Shown here: positions 53,098-64,000 of the stretch, piece after piece
Numbering within the stretch: the stretch's first letter is position 1
Layout of the letters: every line of letters begins with the position of its first letter
NCBI GenBank assembly: GCA_031262585.1
Contig: JAISHK010000005.1
Coordinates: 9,917 to 73,916 of the forward strand
Direction: 5' to 3'
Origin: Endomicrobium sp.
GTDB lineage: Bacteria > Elusimicrobiota > Endomicrobiia > Endomicrobiales > Endomicrobiaceae
DNA: 64,000 nucleotides
Translations under genes and position numbers: made by a program
Notes under the pieces: generated by a model
What the model was told of the DNA's origin: nothing
Databases searched by the model: none
Seen by the model: the letters and a program-made list of their open reading frames with translations, nothing else

Positions 53098-54330
53098 TTA
53101 TTCACATTTATAAAACAATGAATGTTTTGTCTTTCTAACGTTTATATACTCAATTGTAGTTGAGGGTTTTTGTTGTCCTGAAGCAATTTTATTTAAACTT
53201 TTATAAATATTCACAATGTGAGAAATATTAATTTCTCTACCGCCAAGACCGTAAACATAATTTACTATTTTAGGAGTTGTTACTCCTGCGGCATATAGAG
53301 ATGCCACGACGTCTGAATACAAAGGAGCGAAAGCGCCAGAACAGGAATCTGCTTTGTCCATAACAGCTATAGCTTTTATGTGAGCTAAATCTTTTGCGAT
53401 TTGTTCGCTAGGGAAGGGTCTAAAAATTCTTATTTTTAGAAGTCCTGCTTTTATGCCTTTATCTCTTAATTCTTTTATTACTACCTTTGTTGTACCTGCA
53501 GTTGAACCAATAACTACTATTGCGATTTCAGCATCGTTTAACATGTATTTTTCATATAATTCATATTCGCGTCCAAAAGTTTTTTTAAAGTCTTGGGCCA
53601 CGTTCAAAATTATATTTTTAGCAGCTTTCATAGCTTCAGCAAGTTGAAGTCTATGTTCAAAATAGTAATCTTGTAAATCAATTGAACCTAGAGTATAAGG
53701 TTTCTTTATGTCTAAAAGGTACCTTTCAGGTTTATATTTTCCTATAAATGCTTTAACATCGGCATCAGGATAGAGTTCAACTACTTCCATGCAGTGAGAA
53801 ATAATGAAACCATCTGTAGTTACAAGAGTAGGGAGTTTAGCTTTTTCGGCTATTCTTACAGCTTGAATCATGTTATCGTAAGCTTCTTGAGAATTTTCAG
53901 AATAAATTTGAATCCAACCAGAATCTCTTGCGCCCATTGTATCGGACTGGTCTCCATGTATATTGATAGGCGCAGAAATTGCTCTATTAACTTCCGCCAT
54001 AACTATAGGTAATCTAAGTCCTGAAGCTATGTAAAGCATCTCCCACATAAGACATAAGCCTTGTGAAGATGTTCCGGTCATTGCTCTTGCGCCTGCTGCG
54101 GAAGCGGCTATCGTAGCAGACATTGCGGAATGCTCGCTTTCTACTGCGATATATTCAGTTTTTACAATACCATCAGCAATAAATTGCGAAAAAATTTGCA
54201 TAATTTCAGTCGCAGGAGTTATAGGATAGGCCGCAACTACATCTGGCTCTATTTGTCGCATTGCTTCAGCCATAACTTCATTGCCAGTTTTTGCTACAAG
54301 TTTACCTTTTGGATAGACTAGTTTTATCAT
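53098..54330 (-). CDS. porA: Pyruvate:ferredoxin oxidoreductase alpha subunit
   Basis: AYPITP, VESEHSAMS, SSQGL, FRPFP, YGLGGR. Confidence 0.93.
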   Translation of the reverse strand: MIKLVYPKGKLVAKTGNEVMAEAMRQIEPDVVAAYPITPATEIMQIFSQFIADGIVKTEYIAVESEHSAMSATIAASAAGARAMTGTSSQGLCLMWEMLYIASGLRLPIVMAEVNRAISAPINIHGDQSDTMGARDSGWIQIYSENSQEAYDNMIQAVRIAEKAKLPTLVTTDGFIISHCMEVVELYPDADVKAFIGKYKPERYLLDIKKPYTLGSIDLQDYYFEHRLQLAEAMKAAKNIILNVAQDFKKTFGREYELYEKYMLNDAEIAIVVIGSTAGTTKVVIKELRDKGIKAGLLKIRIFRPFPSEQIAKDLAHIKAIAVMDKADSCSGAFAPLYSDVVASLYAAGVTTPKIVNYVYGLGGREINISHIVNIYKSLNKIASGQQKPSTTIEYINVRKTKHSLFYKCE

Positions 54331-54367
54331 TTCATTAACCCTTTGAGGAAAGTTAACTTAAACTTAT

Positions 54368-54676
54368 TTATTTCTTTTCCAGTTTCATTTTTATTGCTTT
54401 AATTTTTACAGGACACTCGCTTGCACAAATTCCACACCCTTTGCAATGTTTATAATCTATTCCGGTGACAACGGTTGTTTTCTTTTCAGAAGGAGCAATT
54501 TTTATAGAAGAATCAGGGCAAGATATCCAGCACGTTAAACAATTAATGCACTTATCTTTATCCCATACAGGCATTCTTGATCGCCAGCTTCCAGTGTCAA
54601 ATTCTAAAGCTGTTCCAGGTTCAACTATATTGCCTATAGGAAGTTCTGCAACACTTAATTTTCTATTTTCTTTCAC
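54368..54676 (-). CDS. porD: Pyruvate:ferredoxin oxidoreductase delta subunit (2x[4Fe-4S])
   Basis: TGSWR, CINCLTCWISCP, CKGCGICASECP; GTG start 54676 after GGAGG. Confidence 0.92.
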   Translation of the reverse strand: MKENRKLSVAELPIGNIVEPGTALEFDTGSWRSRMPVWDKDKCINCLTCWISCPDSSIKIAPSEKKTTVVTGIDYKHCKGCGICASECPVKIKAIKMKLEKK

Positions 54677-54708
54677 TTTATTCCTCCAAAGCATTGTATT
54701 GGATCAAT

Positions 54709-55290
54709 TTACTTGTTTTTCACTTCATTAAAAGCACGTTTTATAGAATTAAGATTGCCATCTATAACTTCTGGTTTATGTCTAAATTTAGCGGTAAGTT
54801 TTACTTTTGTGTCTTCTAGAACACCATTTATGTCTAGATTTCCTATAACTTTAACCAAAGCTCCAAGCATGGGAGTATTTGGTATATTTTTCCCTATGGT
54901 GTCTATAGCTATTTGACTTGCATTTACCACATAAACTTGAGATGCATCTATATTAAGTTTATGCGCAATTTTTGTTGTGCTAAAAGATGTGTTTACTATA
55001 ACTTTGCCTGTTTTATTAACGCCATATGTAACAGGAACTGATTCCAGAAGGGATGAATCTAGAACAACTACGTAATCTGGGTTGGTAATACATGCATGAA
55101 TTGTTATAGGATATTCGCTTATTCTATTAAAGGACTGAACAGGGGCACCCATTCTCTCAGGTCCATATTCAGGAAAAGCCTGAATATATTTTCCCGTTGC
55201 TAAAACAGCTTCACCGAATAAAAGTGCTGCAGTTTTAGCCCCTTGTCCGCCACGCCCATGCCAACGAACTTCAATCATTTTTACTGGCAT
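54709..55290 (-). CDS. porC: Pyruvate:ferredoxin oxidoreductase gamma subunit
   Basis: EVRWHGRGGQGA, FPEYGPERMGAP, PNTPMLGA. Confidence 0.93.
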   Translation of the reverse strand: MPVKMIEVRWHGRGGQGAKTAALLFGEAVLATGKYIQAFPEYGPERMGAPVQSFNRISEYPITIHACITNPDYVVVLDSSLLESVPVTYGVNKTGKVIVNTSFSTTKIAHKLNIDASQVYVVNASQIAIDTIGKNIPNTPMLGALVKVIGNLDINGVLEDTKVKLTAKFRHKPEVIDGNLNSIKRAFNEVKNK

Positions 55291-55399
55291 CTCATCACCT
55301 CTTTATTAAAATAAAAATAACCAAAACAAATAACAATTTTTATATCGGAACCACAAACAATTGTACTGTTCTCATGAACAAAACGTACCCTTTCCACTC

Positions 55400-56003
55400 T
55401 TTTTCCATTTCTTGTCCACCTGCTACAGCATATGATATAGTCACTTTATCAGTATACTTAATATCCCCGTCGACAGGTAAACTATAGCTTAACCTGTTTA
55501 CTTTAATATTTAATTTTTATAAATTCTATAAGATAAACAGCAATCATACCATTTTTAGAATCTGTATCTATAGCAATCATGACTCCATTGATGTTATCAT
55601 TTTTTAATCTTTTTATCAACTTGTTAACTTTTTATATCATCAGGTCCTACAAGCCTTAAGAAGTGATAAAGTCCTCCAGCACAAAACAAAAACCGTTATA
55701 ATCTTTAACTTTACTCACAGTTATTAAATTTGAAGTCTTTCAATTACGCATATAGTAATAGTATCTTTTGTGGAATCAGAACGTATTGACATGGATCTTG
55801 TTCATTTAAATTATAGTAAATGTTACAATATCTTATACTTTTTTGTTTTTTATACGAAATTTATAAGTTCGTAAGCATGTTAACTTCAATTTGTGACATT
55901 TTTAATATATGATAATTCAATCGCTTGGCCATTTTAGTCTTTTATCTTAGGGAATCTTTTTATTATTTCTACCATTCTTTCTTATAGACTTTGATATGTT
56001 CAT
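55400..56003 (-). pseudogene. recR: recR pseudogene, multiple frameshifts
   Basis: Collinear fragments KMAKRLNYHILKM, IRYCNIYYNLNEQDPC, DSTKDTITICVIE, YNGFCFVL, VGPDDIK, IKVNRLSYSLPVDGDIKYTDKVTI; directly downstream of dnaX. Confidence 0.9.
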
Positions 56004-56018
56004 GTTATTATGGATTCT

Positions 56019-57632
56019 TTAAATTTTTTTAGCAATAGAACCAAATTTTTTAGCTATTTCTTCTATGTGTTTTGGTACTACCTCTTCTTTAAAGTTTTCT
56101 TTATCCATATTTTCAATGTCGATTTTGTTTTCTTTTTTTATAAGCAGGTTTTCTTGGGTTATTTGGTGTGGCATTGTATTATTTTTTTCTATGTTAATTT
56201 TGATTGTTATATCCAAGTTAGTTTTTTCTTTTAAAGCTTTTAAAATTTGTTCTTTAAATTCCATAATGCTCTTATAGTCAAATTGATTATATGTAGTTAA
56301 TAGTATTGAAAATTCTTCCAAGATTTTAATAGGAATTTTTTTTAAAAATTGAGCCGTAAGAGAATGTTTTTGTATTATTTCGTTGATAGTATCGTTCCAT
56401 ATATTTATTAAATCAGGTTTTTTTTTATTTGTATTTGTTTCTGTTTCTTGTATTTTATTTTCTTTTTTTGAATTTTGATGAAATTGTGTACTTGTATCAA
56501 ATTTAACGCTTTTTTCCGTATCAGATATTCTTTTTATAAGTTCGTTAATATTATAATAAGGTTCTGATATTTTAAGAAGATACATTTCAATAATAATCCT
56601 TGGATCGTCATGCCAACGCATTTCTTCAAGGGCTTTTGACAAAAGATTATTCATACGAACATGTTGTTCCATGGTAAATAATTTTTTTTGAAGATTCAAT
56701 TTTTTTTTTTCATCGGAAGAAATTTCTAAAATTGAAGGATTTATAGAATAAATCATAATTTGTCTTAGATGATCCATTAAATCTTTAGCAAATTGTAAAA
56801 TGTTATAGCCTTGTTCATTAATTTCTTTAACTGTTTGCAAAATAGATTGAGCATTTCCTTGTGCTATATTTTCAGTAATTTGAATCATAATCTCTTTTGG
56901 AAGTATTCCGAGTAAATTTCGTATATACTCTGCTGTTACTTTGCCATTGCTTGAAGATATTGCTTGATCTAAAAGACTTAAAGCATCTCTCATGGAGCCA
57001 CCTGAAGCTTTAACTATTATGTTTAAAGCTTCAGCATCTATTTCAAATTTTTCTTTCTGTCCTATATTTTTTATTGCAGGAATCATTTCAAAGCTTGATA
57101 TTAGCTTGAATCTATATCTTTGACATCTTGAAACAATAGTGACAGGAATTTTATGTTGTTCCGTTGTGGCCATAATGAAAACTACATGAGATGGTGGTTC
57201 TTCAAGAGTTTTAAGTAAAGCGTTAAAAGCTTGTGTCGTTATTTGATGGGCTTCATCTATAATATAAATCTTATACTTTGAATTAGCACTTGCGAATTTT
57301 ACGTTTTCTCTTAAAGTTCTTATCTCGTCTATGCCGTTATTAGAAGCTCCGTCAATTTCCAAAACGTCAATGCTTGAACTTTTTAGAATACTTAGGCAAT
57401 TTTCGCATTTCCCACAAGGTTTTGTAGTTGGTCCATTTTTACAATTTAAAGCTTTGGCGAAAACTCTTGCCATTGTTGTTTTTCCGCAACCTTTAGGACC
57501 ACTAAATAAATATGCGTGTGCAATGCGATTTTGAGAAATTGCATTCTTAAGTGTTTGGGAAATGTGTTCTTGCCCAATAATTTCGTCAAAGTTTTGAGGT
57601 CTAAATTTTCTAGCTAAAACAAGATATGACAT
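56019..57632 (-). CDS. dnaX: DNA polymerase III subunit gamma/tau
   Basis: LARKFRPQ, GPKGCGKT, Zn module, EIDGASN, IIDEAH, LLKTLEEPP, SRC, GSMRDA. Confidence 0.97.
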   Translation of the reverse strand: MSYLVLARKFRPQNFDEIIGQEHISQTLKNAISQNRIAHAYLFSGPKGCGKTTMARVFAKALNCKNGPTTKPCGKCENCLSILKSSSIDVLEIDGASNNGIDEIRTLRENVKFASANSKYKIYIIDEAHQITTQAFNALLKTLEEPPSHVVFIMATTEQHKIPVTIVSRCQRYRFKLISSFEMIPAIKNIGQKEKFEIDAEALNIIVKASGGSMRDALSLLDQAISSSNGKVTAEYIRNLLGILPKEIMIQITENIAQGNAQSILQTVKEINEQGYNILQFAKDLMDHLRQIMIYSINPSILEISSDEKKKLNLQKKLFTMEQHVRMNNLLSKALEEMRWHDDPRIIIEMYLLKISEPYYNINELIKRISDTEKSVKFDTSTQFHQNSKKENKIQETETNTNKKKPDLINIWNDTINEIIQKHSLTAQFLKKIPIKILEEFSILLTTYNQFDYKSIMEFKEQILKALKEKTNLDITIKINIEKNNTMPHQITQENLLIKKENKIDIENMDKENFKEEVVPKHIEEIAKKFGSIAKKI

Positions 57633-57651
57633 AAAACACCCTCTACTGTTT

Positions 57652-57683
57652 ATTTACGTATTAAGTTTAGCAAATACGTAAAT
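57652..57683. repeat. 11-bp inverted repeat upstream of dnaX
   Basis: ATTTACGTATT-N10-AATACGTAAAT. Confidence 0.6.
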
Positions 57684-58412
57684 TTTATGCACGCTTATGT
57701 CCTAAAGTAATACAGAAATAATGAAGAATCTTTTATCTATAATTATTTTTTGGTAATTAAAGTAAAGATGTTACAAAGAAATACAAATAAATATTTAAAA
57801 ATATAATAAAAATTCTTAATGAAATAAGAATAACAAGATGAGATTTAAGAAATTAGTAAAGTAGGTACAATAATTGTATTAGGAAGCACATAGTATTAAG
57901 TGTGTGTGGAATATGTAAAAAGGTGTTAATAGAATATAAGATATAGAAAAGTTAAGTCGTTTGCATATAATTCACTTGTGAAAATAATATAGAAGGAGAA
58001 TAATGCGAGAATTAATAATAGAATCGATGGCTATACATAATGTTTATGGAAAAAAGCTTTTGAAGATGTGCAAAGAGTCATAAATCTGGTAAGTGGAGAA
58101 GTGTGGATAAGTTATTATAAAGAATTTTAGTAATAATTTAAGTCAAACATATGCAAAAGCAGAAACAAAGGATAAACAAATAATAAATCAAACAGATATA
58201 AAAAATACGAGGGAAGATATTTAATCAAAAATAAAGAAATAAAAATAGTGCATGAATTTGTGGGGATTAATAAGATATAAAATAAAAAAAGAATCAGAAG
58301 AACTAAGAAAAAAATGAAGTTCAATGTGAATATTTATTAAAAGTAGAGTCACTATTTCAAAGAATATCTTACGAAGGAGTGAAAATTAAAAGGAGCAATA
58401 GAAATTATAATA

Positions 58413-58511
58413 ATGATAAAACTTAGAAAGAATAATCAGTTACCAAGTTTAACTTTGATTATAATACTGGTAATATTGCAAGGATGTAGTGTGAAAATAA
58501 TGTTATTTTAG
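58413..58511 (+). pseudogene. Remnant lipoprotein signal peptide ORF (32 aa)
   Basis: MIKLRKNNQLPSLTLIIILVILQGCSVKIMLF*; lipobox LQGC; followed by decayed sequence. Confidence 0.35.
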
Positions 58512-60841
58512 TTAATCAACAGAATTGATTAAGTTTGTCTGAAAAATAAATGATAATTAAAAATCGTATTAATTTATTAAAATTTTCAACAAACTTCAAG
58601 CAAATTTAACTTTAAATTTATTGATAAGCTGAATATTTGAAATTATTTCATGTAGAATTTATTTGCGCATGCGTAAACTGTAATAAGTTAAAAGGGATAC
58701 TAGATCAGATAAATACAAAGTTTTAGTTTGCTTAGAGATAAGCTTTAAGCCTAATCCCATATTTTAATTTAAAAAAGGATGTATATGTGACTGTGGTTAA
58801 TGTTTTTTTGTAATTATAGACTGATTATATAAATTTTACTTAGACTATAAAGATAAAGTTATGTGTAGTAATGGTAATTATATAAGTAGATATGATGATA
58901 TTTTAGTTTTTATATTAAAAAAATAAATATTTTTAAAACTTATAATACTGTAGGTATAGCCTATTGTATTATATCATTATTAAGAAGATGAAAAATACTA
59001 CACAGATTGTTGATAAAATTTTGGAGTTTAGAAGAAAATTTAGCAAAGGTTTGTATATATGGAATGATAATCACAAAAAATTTTTGCTTTAGTAAATGAA
59101 TTCATAGACAATAAAGATAAGATAATAGAATTAGAATTTAAGTTTTTTAGAAGTGTTACTAGACATATTGAACATATTGAACAGACCAATAAAATAAATT
59201 AATGATGTTGTTTAACAAATTAATATAGTTAATCTAGTGTTTATTATACAGATGTTGGTTCTCTAAAATGAGAGAAAAAAGTGTTTATTAATGTAAGTTA
59301 GACTGTTGCTCTATATATTAATAAAAAAGTAGATTAGAAGATATGAAAATGACAGTTGAAAGAACTAGAGATCAGTTGCAGAAATATGGTTGTGTATTTC
59401 GAAAATTGATAGATAAATGTGTGAAAGTTTTATGTACAAGAGTTGCAAGGTATTATAATTGGCAAATTAAGAATGGATTTTAGAACATATAAAGAATAGG
59501 GATATGAACGAGATGATGACAATCTTGATGATATATTTATAATTTTGCATTAGTGGATTGTGAGATATTGATGGTTTAGTGAGATTTGTAATAGAACAAT
59601 TAAGTTCAATAAATATGCAAATAATAGAAATGGAACAAGGAATAGAATAGATTCAAAGAAAACAAGAAGAAGCACGTATTCATAAAATTTTAAATTTCAA
59701 AAGCAATAATTGAACAATATAATAATGAAATCCACAAATTGCGAAATGCATTAAAATACTGAAGTATATAAAAAGTATTATAAAGTGTGTTAATTATAAA
59801 AATAGGTAGCTTAAAAGCGACGATAAGCTAATTTTGACATTAATTTGAAAAATTGTTAGTCAAGTAGAAAATTGGTTATTGAATTTGGTATGTATCAGAA
59901 ATATGTTGATGATGTTTTAAAAATTATTGGTATTGTATGAATGATGTTGGATTACGAGCAACGGGTTTTGGTTTTCTTGATTTATAAATTTAACAAGCAT
60001 TTTGTTGGAGTGCCTTAGCAACGGCAGACTGTGTTTATGATGATAGTTTGTTAGAAAATGTTAGAACGGATGATAATTTTATTACTTTTGTTGAATTGGT
60101 TAGAGATTGTTTTGATAAAATTAATCATAGTATTGAATAGATAATTAGAATGGTAGAAGATATAGTTAAAGTTATATATACAGAAGTAGTTTGTAATTTT
60201 GTAGAAATTTTGGAACAAATAGTTGAAATAATCAAATAGCAACTGTAAAAAAATACTGAATGGAAATCAATAAAATCATAACAGTTGTAATTTTGTTGAT
60301 ATAAATTAAATACAGATAACTGGAAAAGAATATTTAATATTTTCAACATTTAGATGTATTTAAAGCATTTAGATGAGTAGTTAAAATAGAGTGATTGCTG
60401 GCAACTTTGATACAATTTTTATGATTGATATACATAAACAGTGACTAGGCAAATAGACCTAACAATATGCAAATGTGTTAATAGTGATGATACAACAGCA
60501 GAAAAAGTTGTGCATCACCACAGTACAACTTAGTAACTTGGTTAAAATAATTTTTATAGCATTAATTATGAGAATTTAGCTGTAAATTGAAATGTAAAAG
60601 ATATACAATTATTTTTTAGTAAGAGTGAGTTAAAAAAGATTCTTAAGTTTGACATTATATTTAGTAGATTAAAAGAGAAAAAGTGATTGAATGTAATTAT
60701 TTGCTTTTTTTCTATTTTAATATATATAATAAACTTTATCTAAATTTAATTTTTGTAGATTATGTTACTAGATATAGATTATTTGTAGTTACCGTTGTAT
60801 TTTATTGTTGTTGTAATGAATTTTATGAGGTAGGTTTTAAA

Positions 60842-61282
60842 ATGATGAATAAAAAGACTTATTTACCTAATCAGAATGAAGTTGAAAGAAAATGGCATTT
60901 AATAGACGCTAAAGGAAAGGTTTTAGGGAGACTTGCGGTTAAAATAGCTGAATTTTTAAGAGGTAAAAATAAAGTTTTCTATACTAATCACATAGATTGT
61001 GGGGATTTTGTAGTTGTTATAAATGCAAGTGAAATAGTTATTACAGGAAAAAAGATTGAGCAAAAAACATATTTTACATATTCGGGTTATCCTGGTGGAG
61101 TAAAATTAACTCCATATTCTGTTTTAATGAAGAAAAATCCAGAGAGGGCGTTGCTTGCAGCGGTTAAAGGAATGCTTCCTAAGAATAAATTGGCAGATAA
61201 ACAGATTAAAAGACTAAAAGTATTTAAAGATGATAAACATAAGCATAGTGCGCAATTAGCGATTTTAGCGAAGACAAATTAA
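60842..61282 (+). CDS. rplM: 50S ribosomal protein L13
   Basis: WHLIDA.G.VLGRLA, LRGKNK, DCGDFVVVINA, SGYPGG, KGMLPKN; start reset to ATG 60842. Confidence 0.98.
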   Translation: MMNKKTYLPNQNEVERKWHLIDAKGKVLGRLAVKIAEFLRGKNKVFYTNHIDCGDFVVVINASEIVITGKKIEQKTYFTYSGYPGGVKLTPYSVLMKKNPERALLAAVKGMLPKNKLADKQIKRLKVFKDDKHKHSAQLAILAKTN

Positions 61283-61291
61283 GGAGATAAA

Positions 61292-61687
61292 ATGGCAAAT
61301 ATTTTTTATTTAGCTGCAGGTCGTAGGAAGACTGCAGTTGCTAGGGTGAGAACTTTGGATGGTAATGGTAAAGTTGTGATTAATGATAAAAGCGTGGATA
61401 AGTATTTTAATGGGTTGGAAAGATTTAAAAAAATAGCTTTAAAACCCATGAGTGTTTGGACAGGAGTGAAAAACTATAATTTTTATATTAATGTTAGTGG
61501 TGGTGGAATAAGTGGACAGGCGGGTGCCGTAAGTCATAGCTTGGCAAGAGCTATTTTGAAGCTTGATGAGAGTTCAAAATCTATGTTAAAAAAAGAAGGT
61601 TTGTTGACTAGAGATGCAAGAATGGTGGAAAGAAAGAAACCGGGTAGACCAAAAGCACGAAAACGTTTCCAATTTTCAAAACGTTAA
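61292..61687 (+). CDS. rpsI: 30S ribosomal protein S9
   Basis: GRRKTAVARV, GGGISGQAGA, LTRDARMVERKK, QFSKR. Confidence 0.98.
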   Translation: MANIFYLAAGRRKTAVARVRTLDGNGKVVINDKSVDKYFNGLERFKKIALKPMSVWTGVKNYNFYINVSGGGISGQAGAVSHSLARAILKLDESSKSMLKKEGLLTRDARMVERKKPGRPKARKRFQFSKR

Positions 61688-62736
61688 TGTTTTTTACAAT
61701 TTGGTTTGATTAATGATATATCTTAATTAAGGGTATTACTGTTTGTTTTTTTAGTTTGTTGTGTGGAAGTCCTTGAGTATTCTGTAAAACTTGTAAGAAA
61801 TTTTATATGGATTAGTCTTTGTAATTGCAAAATTGTATATCTACTTGTTATACTAATCTTATATATTTTGCTTTCTTAAAACAATTTAATTAATAATATT
61901 GTGGATTATGAAATTATTTCATTGATTTCGGATTGGTTACAAATATATATCAACCTTTAAGTTAATGAATGTAAAAAAGAAATAAAGAATATACTGCCAA
62001 ATATTTGGAAAAAGGAATTTTGTAATTCTGTCAAATTAGAAACAGAAGTGACTCCTAATAGTTAGTGATGATCATCTTTTCATGTTTAGTAGCGCGATGT
62101 TCTAATAGTTGAAAGGTCTTTATTTAAATATTTAATAGATATAGCGTTGTTTGTGAGTGTTACTTTTACGTTATTATAAAGTTTTCTTTTCACTTTTCAT
62201 TAAAGACTTACTACTATTTTACAGCAAGAACTTAATAAACTAAGTGTCAATGGTGTACTTGTTATTTTTATAGTTTTTTCATTTATATTTTAAGTAGTTG
62301 TATAATCATAAAACATATTTTTTCTTGTTTGACTCTTTTTTGAGACTTTAGGAATAATAGTAGATTTTATTGTTATTGATGATTTTGGATACAAATGAAG
62401 TAGATTATAGTTTCTAATTTTTTACCCAACTTAATTTTTGTCAAATGACTATGTGGTTTAGCTTTTTTACTTATTTTTTATTTTAATTAGCTAACAGTTG
62501 TTTATTTGAGGTACACGTTTAAATTTTTAGTAATTGAATTTGAGGAAAGTGTTAAAATGATAGTGGCATTTTTTTATAAGAACGACATAACCTTTCAATG
62601 TGAATGGTTGGTTTTACATATATTTCATTTTTTGTTGTTACTCGGATTTGACTTGTTTAAGTTTTGATGTTAAAGTTCAAATTTTTATTAACTATTTTAT
62701 TGTTTGTAAAACTTGATGATTGATGACTAGAAAATA

Positions 62737-64000
<1,264 letters not shown>

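Noticed and set aside
56700-56710. A11 run in dnaX as the gamma-producing site
   Set aside because: Lies near codon 308, inside the oligomerisation domain, so truncation there would probably be non-functional; more likely AT drift.
57690-57920. SRP RNA (ffs), often found upstream of dnaX
   Set aside because: An AGGAAGCA is present on the plus strand, but the conserved helix 8 stem cannot be formed.
59163-59183. ACATATTGA tandem duplication
   Set aside because: Two-copy microduplication in decayed DNA; not an array.
60683-60841. 53-aa N-terminal extension of L13 in the ORF track
   Set aside because: Low-complexity upstream sequence; GAGGT RBS supports ATG 60842.

Overview
Very AT-rich bacterial chromosome segment with the signature of a host-restricted genome in ongoing reduction. 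The gene set and order, sequence style and anaerobic four-subunit PFOR suggest an Endomicrobium-like (Elusimicrobiota) endosymbiont; this taxonomy is an inference. Content in order: (1) end of the S10 / spc / alpha ribosomal superoperon, rplV to rplQ, with secY, adk, map, infA, rpmJ and rpoA, and no rpmD in its usual place; (2) intact mreBCD-mrdA-rodA cluster; (3) a 60-aa orphan lipoprotein; (4) metNIQ; (5) argF, a SurA-N-like protein, tRNA-Thr(TGT) and smpB-addA-addB; (6) minus-strand lepA-lepB-nfeD-SPFH-hemW-thrC-cinA; (7) lysA-dapF-dapA-dapB-dapL; (8) porCDAB; (9) dnaX, rplM-rpsI and a partial guaB. About 15 kb (roughly a quarter) is decayed spacer. Reading it by hand recovers pseudogenes of recR, maf and an XRE/S24 repressor, plus weaker traces of FtsJ-like and OLD-like genes. 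I saw no CRISPR array, intact mobile element or clearly novel multi-gene system. The best leads are subtle: an operator-like inverted repeat over the metNIQ promoter together with a MetN lacking its regulatory domain and a non-lipidated MetQ, a Thermus-like A9-CCTGA candidate slippage site in dnaX, a probable ATT start for rodA, and loss of recR alongside intact AddAB.
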